This document shows positions 17,528-26,477 of a stretch of DNA of 64,000 nucleotides, piece after piece. Position 1 is the stretch's first letter; each line of letters starts with the position of its first letter. Both the position numbers and the translations under genes were made by a program. The notes under the pieces are model-generated. The model was not told the origin of the DNA and ran no database searches. It saw only the letters and a program-made list of their open reading frames with translations. Location of the stretch: NCBI GenBank assembly GCA_965222045.1, contig OZ244930.1, positions 2,684,329-2,748,328 of the forward strand. The letters run 5' to 3'. Source of the DNA: Phycisphaerales bacterium. GTDB taxonomy: Bacteria; Planctomycetota; Phycisphaerae; Phycisphaerales; UBA1924.

Positions 17528-18618
17528 GCAATCGACCGCCACTCCTCCGCATCTGTGACTTCGCTCACCCGGCGGTCGATGATCGAGGAGACTCGGTGCG
17601 TCTCGCGAGCAGGCGGGTCTTCGAGGGGCAGTTCCAATCGAAGACGATCCGAGCCAAGCGATTCAAGCTCCGCACAACATTCGCAAGCAAGTGCGAGCGA
17701 CCTGAACCCCGCTACTTCGGGTGTTCTCTCTCTACACTCGTGTCGCTCACCATGCTGGGGATCATCCTGCTCCCTGCGATGCTCATTGCCCTCACGCCCA
17801 TTGAATCGGGCATCGCGGTCCTAGCCGCGATCATCCTCTTCCTGAGCATCGCCGTTGTGCACTCGCACTACCGGCATCGCGGGACCGCGAACCTGATCGC
17901 CATGAGCGCCCTGGCCGAGGGTCTCTGTGGCTCGTGCGCGTTCTCACTCCAGGGGCTTGAGTCCGAAAGCGACGGCAGTCTGGTATGCCCCGAGTGCGGG
18001 CACGCGTGGGACGCGTTGCGGATCGTCCGCCCGCACTGGGAACCGCCGCCGGCGAACTTGGTCCCCAAGCGTGACCCGCGACTCGACCTGCGTCACAACC
18101 TCAAGCTGCAGTTTACAACCCGGTTCGCCGCCGACGATTGTGGGCGGCTCGTGCGCACCCATACCTCGTACCTGCGGAGTATCGATCCCGAAATCCGCGA
18201 CCAGCGAACGGATGAGGCGTGGAAAAGTATCACGCGTCAGATCCGCTCTTTCGGACGCCCATTACGCATCATCATCAGCACCCTGCTCTATATGCTCGTG
18301 ATCTTCGGGCTCGTCCGGTGGAGTTTTCCGGCGTTCTGGGATGACCGCGGCGAGTTCGTGACGTCGATTGTTACGCTCTCGTTCCCGTTCCTCGCGGGCG
18401 TATTCGTGTACGCGGGCGACGGCTGGATCAGAAACCGACGCATGGCTGATGTGCTCACCCTTAACGGGCTCTGCGCCGGGTGCTGCAACGACATAACGAA
18501 CACACCCGCAAACGCCAACGCGATGCGGGTGTGCGATCGTTGCCGATCGAGCTGGCTCGACGAGCGTTTCCCGCCCCGTTCGGGTGAGGGTGCTATTTTG
18601 ACTCGGCCAACACCTTGA
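17524..18618 (+). CDS. hypothetical polytopic membrane protein with two zinc-ribbon-like motifs
   Basis: ATGA overlap with the upstream stop. TM helices. Motifs CGSCAFSLQGLESESDGSLVCPECG and CAGCCN...VCDRC. Confidence 0.65.
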   Translation: MSNRPPLLRICDFAHPAVDDRGDSVRLASRRVFEGQFQSKTIRAKRFKLRTTFASKCERPEPRYFGCSLSTLVSLTMLGIILLPAMLIALTPIESGIAVLAAIILFLSIAVVHSHYRHRGTANLIAMSALAEGLCGSCAFSLQGLESESDGSLVCPECGHAWDALRIVRPHWEPPPANLVPKRDPRLDLRHNLKLQFTTRFAADDCGRLVRTHTSYLRSIDPEIRDQRTDEAWKSITRQIRSFGRPLRIIISTLLYMLVIFGLVRWSFPAFWDDRGEFVTSIVTLSFPFLAGVFVYAGDGWIRNRRMADVLTLNGLCAGCCNDITNTPANANAMRVCDRCRSSWLDERFPPRSGEGAILTRPTP

Positions 18619-19048
18619 GCTTGTCGATCCCGTCCTGCCAGCCGGCCTCAAACTCGGCGGGTGCGCTGTCTTCGAACTCTCCAAACATGCGATGATCCAC
18701 GCTGACGCGTGTGCCGCCGTCGGTTTCCTCGAATGCGATCGTCATGTTCATTAGGACCGCCTGGGGCATCGTGCAATCGCCACGCATCCGGATCTTCTTG
18801 CCCGGCTTGAGCATCGTGAGCTCTCCGATCACATTGAACCCGCCATCGGGCAGTTCGATGTAGAACTTCCCGCCGATCTCAGGCTGGCACCGCGCCGGCG
18901 TCTTGCCCTTGCTCTCCTCATTCTCGTAGAACCAGTTGTGGGGCTCTTTGAGGAATAGGTCGTACACCTTCTTGGGTGATGCCGCGATGTGCACCTCGCA
19001 CTGCGCGACCGCGATGCGTGCCGGTGACTCGATTGTTTTCGTGCTCAT
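18593..19048 (-). CDS. SRPBCC/AHSA1-like (START-fold) protein
   Basis: 151 aa of the Aha1/SRPBCC type, in the usual pairing downstream of an ArsR-family gene. ATGA overlap with that gene. Confidence 0.75.
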   Translation of the reverse strand: MSTKTIESPARIAVAQCEVHIAASPKKVYDLFLKEPHNWFYENEESKGKTPARCQPEIGGKFYIELPDGGFNVIGELTMLKPGKKIRMRGDCTMPQAVLMNMTIAFEETDGGTRVSVDHRMFGEFEDSAPAEFEAGWQDGIDKLKVLAESK

Positions 19049-19410
19049 GGTTGATTCTCCTTTGGTTCATCCGCTTCCGCGATGTGTTTGAGATTGGTCA
19101 GGGCACCCGACCATTGGTCCTCGTATTTGCTCACCCAGCGCTCGTAGATCCGACGCAGCGGCACGGCGTTGAGGTAGTTCCATCGTGTCCGCCCCTCCTT
19201 GCGGTGCAAAAGCAGATGTGCTTCTTCAAGCACCCGGATGTGCTTCATCACCCCGAAGCGGGTCATCCCCGGGAACGCGCTGACCAACTCACCCGTTGTC
19301 TTCCGCCCTTCGCGGAGCAGGTCCATAATCGCCCGCCGCGTTGGGTCCGACAACGCCTTCCAGACCTCGTCGAGGTCATGATCGAGATGGTGATCTGAAC
19401 CGCCGTCCAT
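19045..19410 (-). CDS. ArsR/SmtB-family transcriptional regulator
   Basis: Winged helix LSDPTRRAIMDLLREGRKTTGELVSAFPGMTRFGVMKHIRVLEEAHLL. GGAG SD. Confidence 0.88.
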   Translation of the reverse strand: MDGGSDHHLDHDLDEVWKALSDPTRRAIMDLLREGRKTTGELVSAFPGMTRFGVMKHIRVLEEAHLLLHRKEGRTRWNYLNAVPLRRIYERWVSKYEDQWSGALTNLKHIAEADEPKENQP

Positions 19411-19423
19411 GACGCTCCTTCAA

Positions 19424-19443
19424 ATGTGACTATATAGTCACAT
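19424..19443. promoter_or_regulatory. perfect 20-bp palindromic operator ATGTGACTATATAGTCACAT
   Basis: Lies 14 nt upstream of the arsR-family ATG and 70 nt upstream of uvrB. It overlaps a TATATA -10-like element. Confidence 0.6.
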
Positions 19444-19501
19444 AAACGACTCTGCAACCCTCTGATGGACAATTCGCTGAAAATGTGGCTCAAATCGCAT
19501 C

Positions 19502-19507
19502 TATGAT
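19502..19507 (+). promoter_or_regulatory. -10-like TATGAT, 6 nt upstream of the uvrB ATG (leaderless geometry)
   Basis: TATGAT-cccgga-ATG, with no usable SD. Confidence 0.4.
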
Positions 19508-19513
19508 CCCGGA

Positions 19514-21766
19514 ATGCCCATCGCGACGAATAAGCCGTTCGAGGTCGTTTCCAGCTATCAGCCCGCCGGCGACCAGCCCGAGGCCATCGATTCCCTGGTA
19601 TCCGCCATCGAATCCGGGCAGCGTCATACCTGTCTGCTGGGAGCGACAGGAACGGGCAAGACTTTTTCCATGGCCCACGCCATCGCACGGGTCAACAAGC
19701 CGACACTCGTCCTCTCGCACAATAAGACGCTAGCAGCACAGCTCTTCGAGGAGCTCAAGGCCTTTTTCCCTAACAACTCCGTCAACTACTTTGTCTCGTA
19801 CTACGACTACTACCAGCCCGAGGCGTACATCCCCGGTCGCGACATCTATATCGAGAAGGACTCATCACGCAACGACGATCTCGATCAGCTCCGCCTGGCC
19901 GCGACGTCCAACCTGATCCAGCGCCGCGACTGCATCGTCGTTGCCTCGGTCTCCTGTATCTTCGGGCTCGGCTCGCCCAGCGCCTATTCAGAGAAGGTCT
20001 ACACCATCATGCGGGGCATGGAGCTCCCACGCCGCGATCTTTTCCTCGCACTCAACGCGATGCAGTACGAGCGCGCCGAAATCGATTTCATGCGCGGCAC
20101 GTACCGGGCACGGGGCGACGCGATCGAGGTCTGGCCCGCCTACGAGAAGTTCGCCATCCGCATCGAGCTGTTCGGAGACGAGGTGGATCGCATCGAGCTG
20201 ATCAACCCGACCTCGGGAGAGCTGCTCGCCGAGGAATCCCAGTACTTCCTCTTCCCGGCCGTCCACTACGTCATGCCTGAGGATCGCATGAGCGAGGTGC
20301 TCAAGGCGATCCGCGAGGAGATGGACGAGCGGGTGATGCACCTGCGCCACGAGGGCAAGCTCCTCGAGGCCCAGCGCCTGCTCGCACGCACCAAGTACGA
20401 CCTTGAGATGATCGAAGAGGTCGGCTACTGCCAGGGCGTCGAGAACTACTCTCGCTATATGGATGGGCGAATGCCCGGCGAGCGACCCTTCACGCTGCTG
20501 GACTACTTTGATTACGCACCCAGCAGGGGCGGAGACGTGCAGCCGGTTATCGACCCGGACGCAGAGCTCATCGACAGCCGAGACCACGAGCAGGATGCGG
20601 CACGGTTCGGCATCGAGCGGACGAACCTCAAGGACTGGATGATCATGATCGACGAGTCGCACGTGACCATCCCACAGATCAGGGCCATGTTTAACGGCGA
20701 CAAAGCACGTAAGGAAGTGCTCGTTGAGCACGGCTTTCGTCTCCCATCATGCCTCGACAATCGGCCGCTCCGCTTCGAAGAGTTCGAGGCAATGGTTCCG
20801 CAGGTTGTGTATGTCTCCGCGACCCCCGGGCCGTACGAGCTGGATAAGACAGGCGGCGAGGTCATTGAGCAGGTCATCCGCCCGACCGGCCTCGTTGATC
20901 CGGAGGTCGAGGTGCGACCCGCTTCCGGGCAGGTCCCAGACTTGCTGGAGCGGTGCAGACAGGTTGTCGAGAATGGCGATCGGGTGCTGGTGACGGCGCT
21001 GACCAAGCGTCTCTGCGAGGATCTCACGACCTACATGAGCGACAACGGGCTCCGGGTGCGGTATCTGCACTCCGATATCGATACACTCGAGCGGATCGAG
21101 ATCTTGACAGACCTGCGTCGGGGTGAGTTCGATGTGCTGATCGGCGTAAACCTGTTGCGTGAAGGGCTCGACCTGCCTGAGGTTGCGCTCGTGTGCATTC
21201 TGGATGCCGACAAGGAGGGGTTCCTCCGCAGCGCGACGTCCCTGATCCAGCAGATCGGGCGGGCCGCACGGAATGCAAACTCCAAGGTCATTCTCTACGC
21301 CGACAAGATGACCAAAGCGATGGCCGCGGCGATGGATGAGACACAGCGTCGCCGTGAGAAGCAGGTTCAGTACAACCTGGACAACGACATCACCCCGATC
21401 ACTATCCACAAGGAGATCCGTGGGGGGATCGAGAACATCCTCAAGGCACGCAAGACCGCCAAGGCCGCCACATACGATGAAGCCGATGATCCTCCCATCG
21501 ACGCACTGATGCTGGTAAAGGCGCTCGAGGCAGATATGCTCGAGGCCGCCGAGGCGATGGACTTCGAGTCCGCGGCACTCCTGCGGGATCAGATGAAACA
21601 CGTGCAGGAACTCATCGAGCAGCATGAGACAGATGAGCTACTCGACGGTGAATCGGTGCTGCTGCTCCGCCGGTCCGAGATCGCTCGGGGGATCCGGCAA
21701 AGTAGCGAGAAGCCGGGGGCGCCAAATACGCGCCGGGGTAAGCCACGCAAACAGCGTGGGAAGTGA
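19514..21766 (+). CDS. uvrB: excinuclease ABC subunit B
   Basis: GATGTGKT, beta-hairpin [19 protein letters not shown], helicase motifs, and a C-terminal UVR domain ([11 protein letters not shown]). Confidence 0.96.
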   Translation: [750 protein letters not shown]

Positions 21767-21779
21767 TCATCCCGCATGT

Positions 21780-24536
21780 TCAGCGGGCTGAGATGAGCAG
21801 GTTCCTGATCTGTGATCGCCCGAGACGCATGGCGCTGGGTGCGGCAGCCAAGAGGGATAGCACGATCGCAGTGCCCCACGCGATGGAAATCGCATCGATG
21901 GGGAGCGCAGACTCGAGGTCGATACCGATCACGCGCCGGTTCATTTCACGCCCTCCCCAGGCGGCTTGGATGCCGAGGCAGGTGCCGAGCACACACGCTG
22001 TGAGGGCGATGATGAGGGCCTGAGCCGTAATCAATCGCACGAGCTGTCCTTTGGAAGCACCCACCGCCCGAAGCACGCCCATCTCGTATCGGCGGGCATT
22101 GACCTCCGCGATGATCAGGTTTGCCACCCCGAAGCATGCGACGAGCATGGCGCCAATGGCCACGGTCGTGAATACAACCAGCGTCGAGGTGAACACGGCC
22201 TCGATCTGTCGTCTGATGATCCGGCCTGAGCCGACGTTGAGCACGCCTGCTCCGAGTAGAGCCGTGCGGATATCCGCGATCGCTTGCTCATCTCCGATCC
22301 GGGACACGATTTCATCATTGAGATCGATCTGGATCAGCTGCGAGACACGCATCCCGAAGCGATCGATCATGTCCTGTCGAGAGCCGAACACGGATCCGAT
22401 TGCTTGATTGACGAAGTTATCACCTAGATCAAAGTACTGCGAGACCAGCTCGAGGCCGGGTGAAGTGACGACGCCCACGATCTCGAAGTCATGGCGAGTC
22501 TCGTCTACGTCGGTACAGCTGAACGTGTCGCCGACCCCCAGCCCACGCGCAACAAGAAACTCTCGCGCGACGATGACAGCGCCGCCCTCTTCTAACCGAC
22601 GAACGGCTGTTGCCTGATCCCCATGCACAAACTCAAGGCGGGCCATGTTGAGGAAGGGTTCGGGCTCGAACGCGATGAAGTTGGTTTTGTAGGACGACAG
22701 CCCCTCCACCCCAAAGGCGTCAGTCCGGACCGCCCGCATCGAGATCGCGCAGGTCTGGTCGACGAGCGGCATCTGATCGAGTATGCCCTGCGCTTCCTCA
22801 CTCAAGGGGAGACCGTACGCGAACGCATCGGGGAACTCGATCTTGCCGAGCCAGTCACGCATGGCCGCTGAGCCGTTGGTCCAGATGCCGATCATGAGTG
22901 CCAGGCCCGTCATAAGTGCCCCTGCTGTGAAACCATGGCGGTACGGGGTTGCTCTCACCGTGCGTCCGAGCAGCTGCGGTGGGAGCCCGAATACCAGCGA
23001 GATGCAGCGAGAGAGCAGCCGGGCCATGATCACAACAATGGGAACCGAGATCAGGAAGTACCCGAGGAACATCAGCGGGAGCCCGAGTCCGACATAGATG
23101 TAGAAGAACGAATCCCGATCGGCAAGCATGACAACGATCGCGATCATGGCCAGGATACCGAAGATACCGGCGATCGTCACGTGGCTAATCCCGCGTAGTG
23201 ACATCGGAGTCGCACGAACACTCATCGCTTGCAACGGTGAGAGTGAGGCCGCTCGCCACGCAGGCCAGAGCGCGCCGAGCAACCCCGCGAGTATGGCGCC
23301 GATGACCGTGAACGAGAGCATGATGGGCGGGACAACCAGTCCCTCCGTCATTTGTTGGTCAAAGACTCTTGTGAGCACATAGGCGGCCGCGATCCCCACC
23401 GGGACACCGACCACAACGCCCAGCCCGGCGACCACAGTTCCAACAAGCAACTGAGCGGTCGCCAGCTGATGACGCGGCGCACCGATCGCACGGAGTACGG
23501 CGAGGGTGTGCTGCTGCTCTGCGACTCCTGTGGTGAGTCCAGTGGTGATGATGAAGGCCGCGGAGATCAGTGAAATGACAGAGACAAGCACAAACCCCAG
23601 CTGCGATGCCTGCATGTTCTGCTCAACGCCGGAGGTGATCCTCCCGGTGGTCTGCAGGAGGGCTTCCGGGAAGAGCTCATCCTTATGGAGCATCACGAAC
23701 TCCTCCGGATCGATATCCTCCCTCAGCTTGAGTTCGATATCACTCAGCTGACCCTTGTTTCTCGCGAGGGCGTCGAGTGTCTCGATGGTCGTGTACGCGA
23801 TGGGTTTGCCGCCCAGAGGTGCAGGCTTCGCAAGGCCAACGATCGTGAAGGTCCTCGCTCTCCCGAATAAGCGGGGGACTGTGAGCGTATCGCCCACTCG
23901 TGGCCCAACGCCAGCATTCACTGCTCGCATCTCCTGATCGTTCTCCGCCAGCTCACCGGGGCGTACGGGTTCTCGCTTCAGGTACGCGCCAGGGTCAGCG
24001 AAGAGGTCGACTCCGTCCCCGGACCGGATCTGCTGAACGTATGACCATGACAATCGTTGCGCGACACGCATGTCGATCACGATCTCATCAATCGCGGTCG
24101 GGAGTCTCCCCTGAACGAGCCCGATCGGGCGAGAGCTGAACTCAACATCGGGGTCTACCCCGTTGACGAACGCGTTCACGGCGTATCGCTGCTGTTCAAC
24201 TCGATATGAACCATCCGTCGCTTTGATTTCCGGCTGCTGGATGACCAGTGACAGCGTGCTTTGGAGACGAGGTACGGCGAGTTTTACGCCGTCCCATTCC
24301 ATCACTTTTTGCAGAAGAGTCGCATCGAAGGTCTCGCCAGAGACCGGCAGCAATCTGGCCTCGGCCGTCCCGATCTGGGTGTCGATCTGTGATTGGAAGG
24401 CGGCGTTCAGGGACGCCATAACGCACGCGATGCTCGATACCAGCACCACGGACAAGGCGACAGCGCCAGCAAGCAGCAGCACGCGGCTACGTCGAGCTGA
24501 GCAGATGCTGCGTGCGAGTCGCAATGGTGCCCGCAT
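21780..24536 (-). CDS. ABC transporter permease with duplicated MacB/FtsX-type domains
   Basis: About 918 aa with two periplasmic domains, each followed by FtsX-type TM bundles. Start ATG 24536 chosen (GGGGGG upstream), overlapping the ATPase gene by 50 nt. Confidence 0.8.
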   Translation of the reverse strand: MRAPLRLARSICSARRSRVLLLAGAVALSVVLVSSIACVMASLNAAFQSQIDTQIGTAEARLLPVSGETFDATLLQKVMEWDGVKLAVPRLQSTLSLVIQQPEIKATDGSYRVEQQRYAVNAFVNGVDPDVEFSSRPIGLVQGRLPTAIDEIVIDMRVAQRLSWSYVQQIRSGDGVDLFADPGAYLKREPVRPGELAENDQEMRAVNAGVGPRVGDTLTVPRLFGRARTFTIVGLAKPAPLGGKPIAYTTIETLDALARNKGQLSDIELKLREDIDPEEFVMLHKDELFPEALLQTTGRITSGVEQNMQASQLGFVLVSVISLISAAFIITTGLTTGVAEQQHTLAVLRAIGAPRHQLATAQLLVGTVVAGLGVVVGVPVGIAAAYVLTRVFDQQMTEGLVVPPIMLSFTVIGAILAGLLGALWPAWRAASLSPLQAMSVRATPMSLRGISHVTIAGIFGILAMIAIVVMLADRDSFFYIYVGLGLPLMFLGYFLISVPIVVIMARLLSRCISLVFGLPPQLLGRTVRATPYRHGFTAGALMTGLALMIGIWTNGSAAMRDWLGKIEFPDAFAYGLPLSEEAQGILDQMPLVDQTCAISMRAVRTDAFGVEGLSSYKTNFIAFEPEPFLNMARLEFVHGDQATAVRRLEEGGAVIVAREFLVARGLGVGDTFSCTDVDETRHDFEIVGVVTSPGLELVSQYFDLGDNFVNQAIGSVFGSRQDMIDRFGMRVSQLIQIDLNDEIVSRIGDEQAIADIRTALLGAGVLNVGSGRIIRRQIEAVFTSTLVVFTTVAIGAMLVACFGVANLIIAEVNARRYEMGVLRAVGASKGQLVRLITAQALIIALTACVLGTCLGIQAAWGGREMNRRVIGIDLESALPIDAISIAWGTAIVLSLLAAAPSAMRLGRSQIRNLLISAR

Positions 24537-25242
24537 CCATCCCCCCTTTCCCGCTCGCCGCGTGTTGATTCTCGATCGTGCCCGCGATCGTCCCGTCATT
24601 CATGACAAAGATTTTCCCGCAGTAGCTCGCGGCCTCTGGCTCGTGGGTCACCATGACGACTGTGACTTGTTCCTCTTGAGCAACTTGACCCAGCAACTTC
24701 CAAACAAGCTCGCTCGCGTTTGTGTCTAGGTTGCCGGTTGGCTCATCCGCGAACACCACTGCGGGCTGATACAGCAGGGCCCGGGCAATCGCGACCCGCT
24801 GCTGCTCTCCACCGGATAGCGCTTCGGGGCGATGCTCCGCCCGATCGGATAGCCCGAGCAACTCAAGAAGTTGGATGGAACGATCGCTGAGCTTCTTGGT
24901 GAGACGGCCGGAGAGAAGACCGGGGAGCTGTACGTTTTCGAGGGCGGTCATAGTCGGGATCAGGTTGAACGCCTGGAAGATCACCCCAATTTCTTCTCGG
25001 CGAAAACGGGTCGCCTCCCGCTCGCTCATCTGATGCACACTGTGCCCTGATACGACGATCTCGCCGGAGTCCGGACGGTCCATCGCGGAAAGCATGTGCA
25101 GGAGTGTCGATTTGCCCGATCCTGATCGGCCCATGATCGCGAAAAACCCGTGATCCTCGATCGTGAGGTCCACACCCCTGAGGGCCTCGACCGTGCGGTT
25201 GCCGAGAACAAACTTTTTGGTGAGTCTGGTGCAAGAAATCAT
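24487..25242 (-). CDS. ABC transporter ATP-binding protein (LolD/MacB type)
   Basis: Walker A GRSGSGKST, signature LSGGEQQRVAIARAL, Walker B VVFADEPTGNLD. Confidence 0.92.
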   Translation of the reverse strand: MISCTRLTKKFVLGNRTVEALRGVDLTIEDHGFFAIMGRSGSGKSTLLHMLSAMDRPDSGEIVVSGHSVHQMSEREATRFRREEIGVIFQAFNLIPTMTALENVQLPGLLSGRLTKKLSDRSIQLLELLGLSDRAEHRPEALSGGEQQRVAIARALLYQPAVVFADEPTGNLDTNASELVWKLLGQVAQEEQVTVVMVTHEPEAASYCGKIFVMNDGTIAGTIENQHAASGKGGMDAGTIATRTQHLLSST

Positions 25243-25352
25243 GTGTATGTGCTCGGAGAGCTCCGCAGGCGGGGCGTATCAGGTCAGTCTCTAGTTCGGA
25301 GAAAAGCCTTGTCGGATTCACCTCAGTGGAGTCTAGCCGTACATACGAACAA

Positions 25353-25384
25353 CCGCCCACGCTTCTACGGTGAAGCATGGGCGG
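25353..25384 (-). terminator. putative terminator after the PEP-CTERM gene
   Basis: CCGCCCA..GCTTC-loop-GAAGC..TGGGCGG hairpin, followed on the minus strand by TTGTTCGTATGT. Confidence 0.4.
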
Positions 25385-25416
25385 CTGCGTGCATGGTTTG
25401 TGATATCAGCCCCGGA

Positions 25417-26160
25417 TCAGCGGTGGCTTCTCCAGCGGCGGTACGCCCCGATGCCGGCGAGCATGCCAAGGCCCGCGAGGGCTGCCGGTGGTAGGGGTAC
25501 GATCTGGGCCGTAAACAGCAGGTCGTCGAATCCGACCCCATTGGTGTTCGGGCCCATCACCCACCCGCGACCGACCCATTCGTCCATGTTCCCGAAGACC
25601 CGGTGCCCATCGGCGAGGAAGCGGAACGCGTCACTCCCATCAGACTTTCCGCTGAGTTCCAGGAAGTCACCGTTCCCGAGCGGGGAGTCCATGGTTGTGT
25701 TGAGCCCGGTGAGCCCGCCCAGCACGGCCCCGTCGCTCATGTTGTTGTCCTCCCACCCGTTGCCGGTGGCATCTACCGAGTAGGTGAGGTCGAGCATGAA
25801 GTCGCCGTAACTGGTACCACCATTGGCGCTGTTCCCGCTGATGGTCCCGTTGATATTCAGGCTGATCGACCCATCCATGAACTCGGTCACGATGAGGCGA
25901 ACGGTCGAGTTGCCGTTTGTGTCTTCGAAACTGAACGTGATGGGGATACCCGAGTTCGTGAAGCTGTCGAGTCGAAGCCCGTACTCCTGTGGGCTGACCA
26001 TGCCACCCGGGTGGTTGAACAGAGCAAATGTTGTCGTTGAGCTGACGCCTTCAGGCGTCGCGTTCCCGATGAGTTCTGCCGGATTCACGAAGTCGGCGTG
26101 AGCGGAGCTCACACAGAAACCGGCAACAGATGCAAGCATAAGTTGGTGTGTGTGTCGCAT
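25417..26160 (-). CDS. PEP-CTERM-anchored secreted protein
   Basis: Signal peptide MRHTHQLMLASVAGFCVSSAHA. The C-terminal VPLPPAALAGLGMLAGIGAYRRWR matches the PEP-CTERM plan (motif, TM, basic tail). ATG 26160 has GGGAGA upstream. Confidence 0.8.
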   Translation of the reverse strand: MRHTHQLMLASVAGFCVSSAHADFVNPAELIGNATPEGVSSTTTFALFNHPGGMVSPQEYGLRLDSFTNSGIPITFSFEDTNGNSTVRLIVTEFMDGSISLNINGTISGNSANGGTSYGDFMLDLTYSVDATGNGWEDNNMSDGAVLGGLTGLNTTMDSPLGNGDFLELSGKSDGSDAFRFLADGHRVFGNMDEWVGRGWVMGPNTNGVGFDDLLFTAQIVPLPPAALAGLGMLAGIGAYRRWRSHR

Positions 26161-26420
26161 GGCTGTGATGTCTCCCTGGTGTTGAGATGTGTGTGCGGCT
26201 GCCGAACCACAGCAGCCAGATGCACAGAACATAGCACACGTTTTTGAGCCTCAATCAAAGCCTGTGTCTCACCCTGAAGTCGGGGTGAAGCGCGCATGAA
26301 GGGGGCTTTCATGAAGAACCAGGGACGGTGGAAAATCAATGACTTACGTCACGGGACGCGCAGAAAACAACGGTGCGATGGGCCGCAAATTTAATTGCTT
26401 TTCATGTTCAAGAGCGCATG

Positions 26421-26448
26421 AAAAACGCCGCTTGCGTTGAAGCGGCGT
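26421..26448 (-). terminator. rho-independent terminator after hmgA
   Basis: The minus strand reads ACGCCGCTT-caacgc-AAGCGGCGT, then TTTT. Confidence 0.65.
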
Positions 26449-26477
26449 CAACCTACTTACTCATGTGATGAGAGAGG

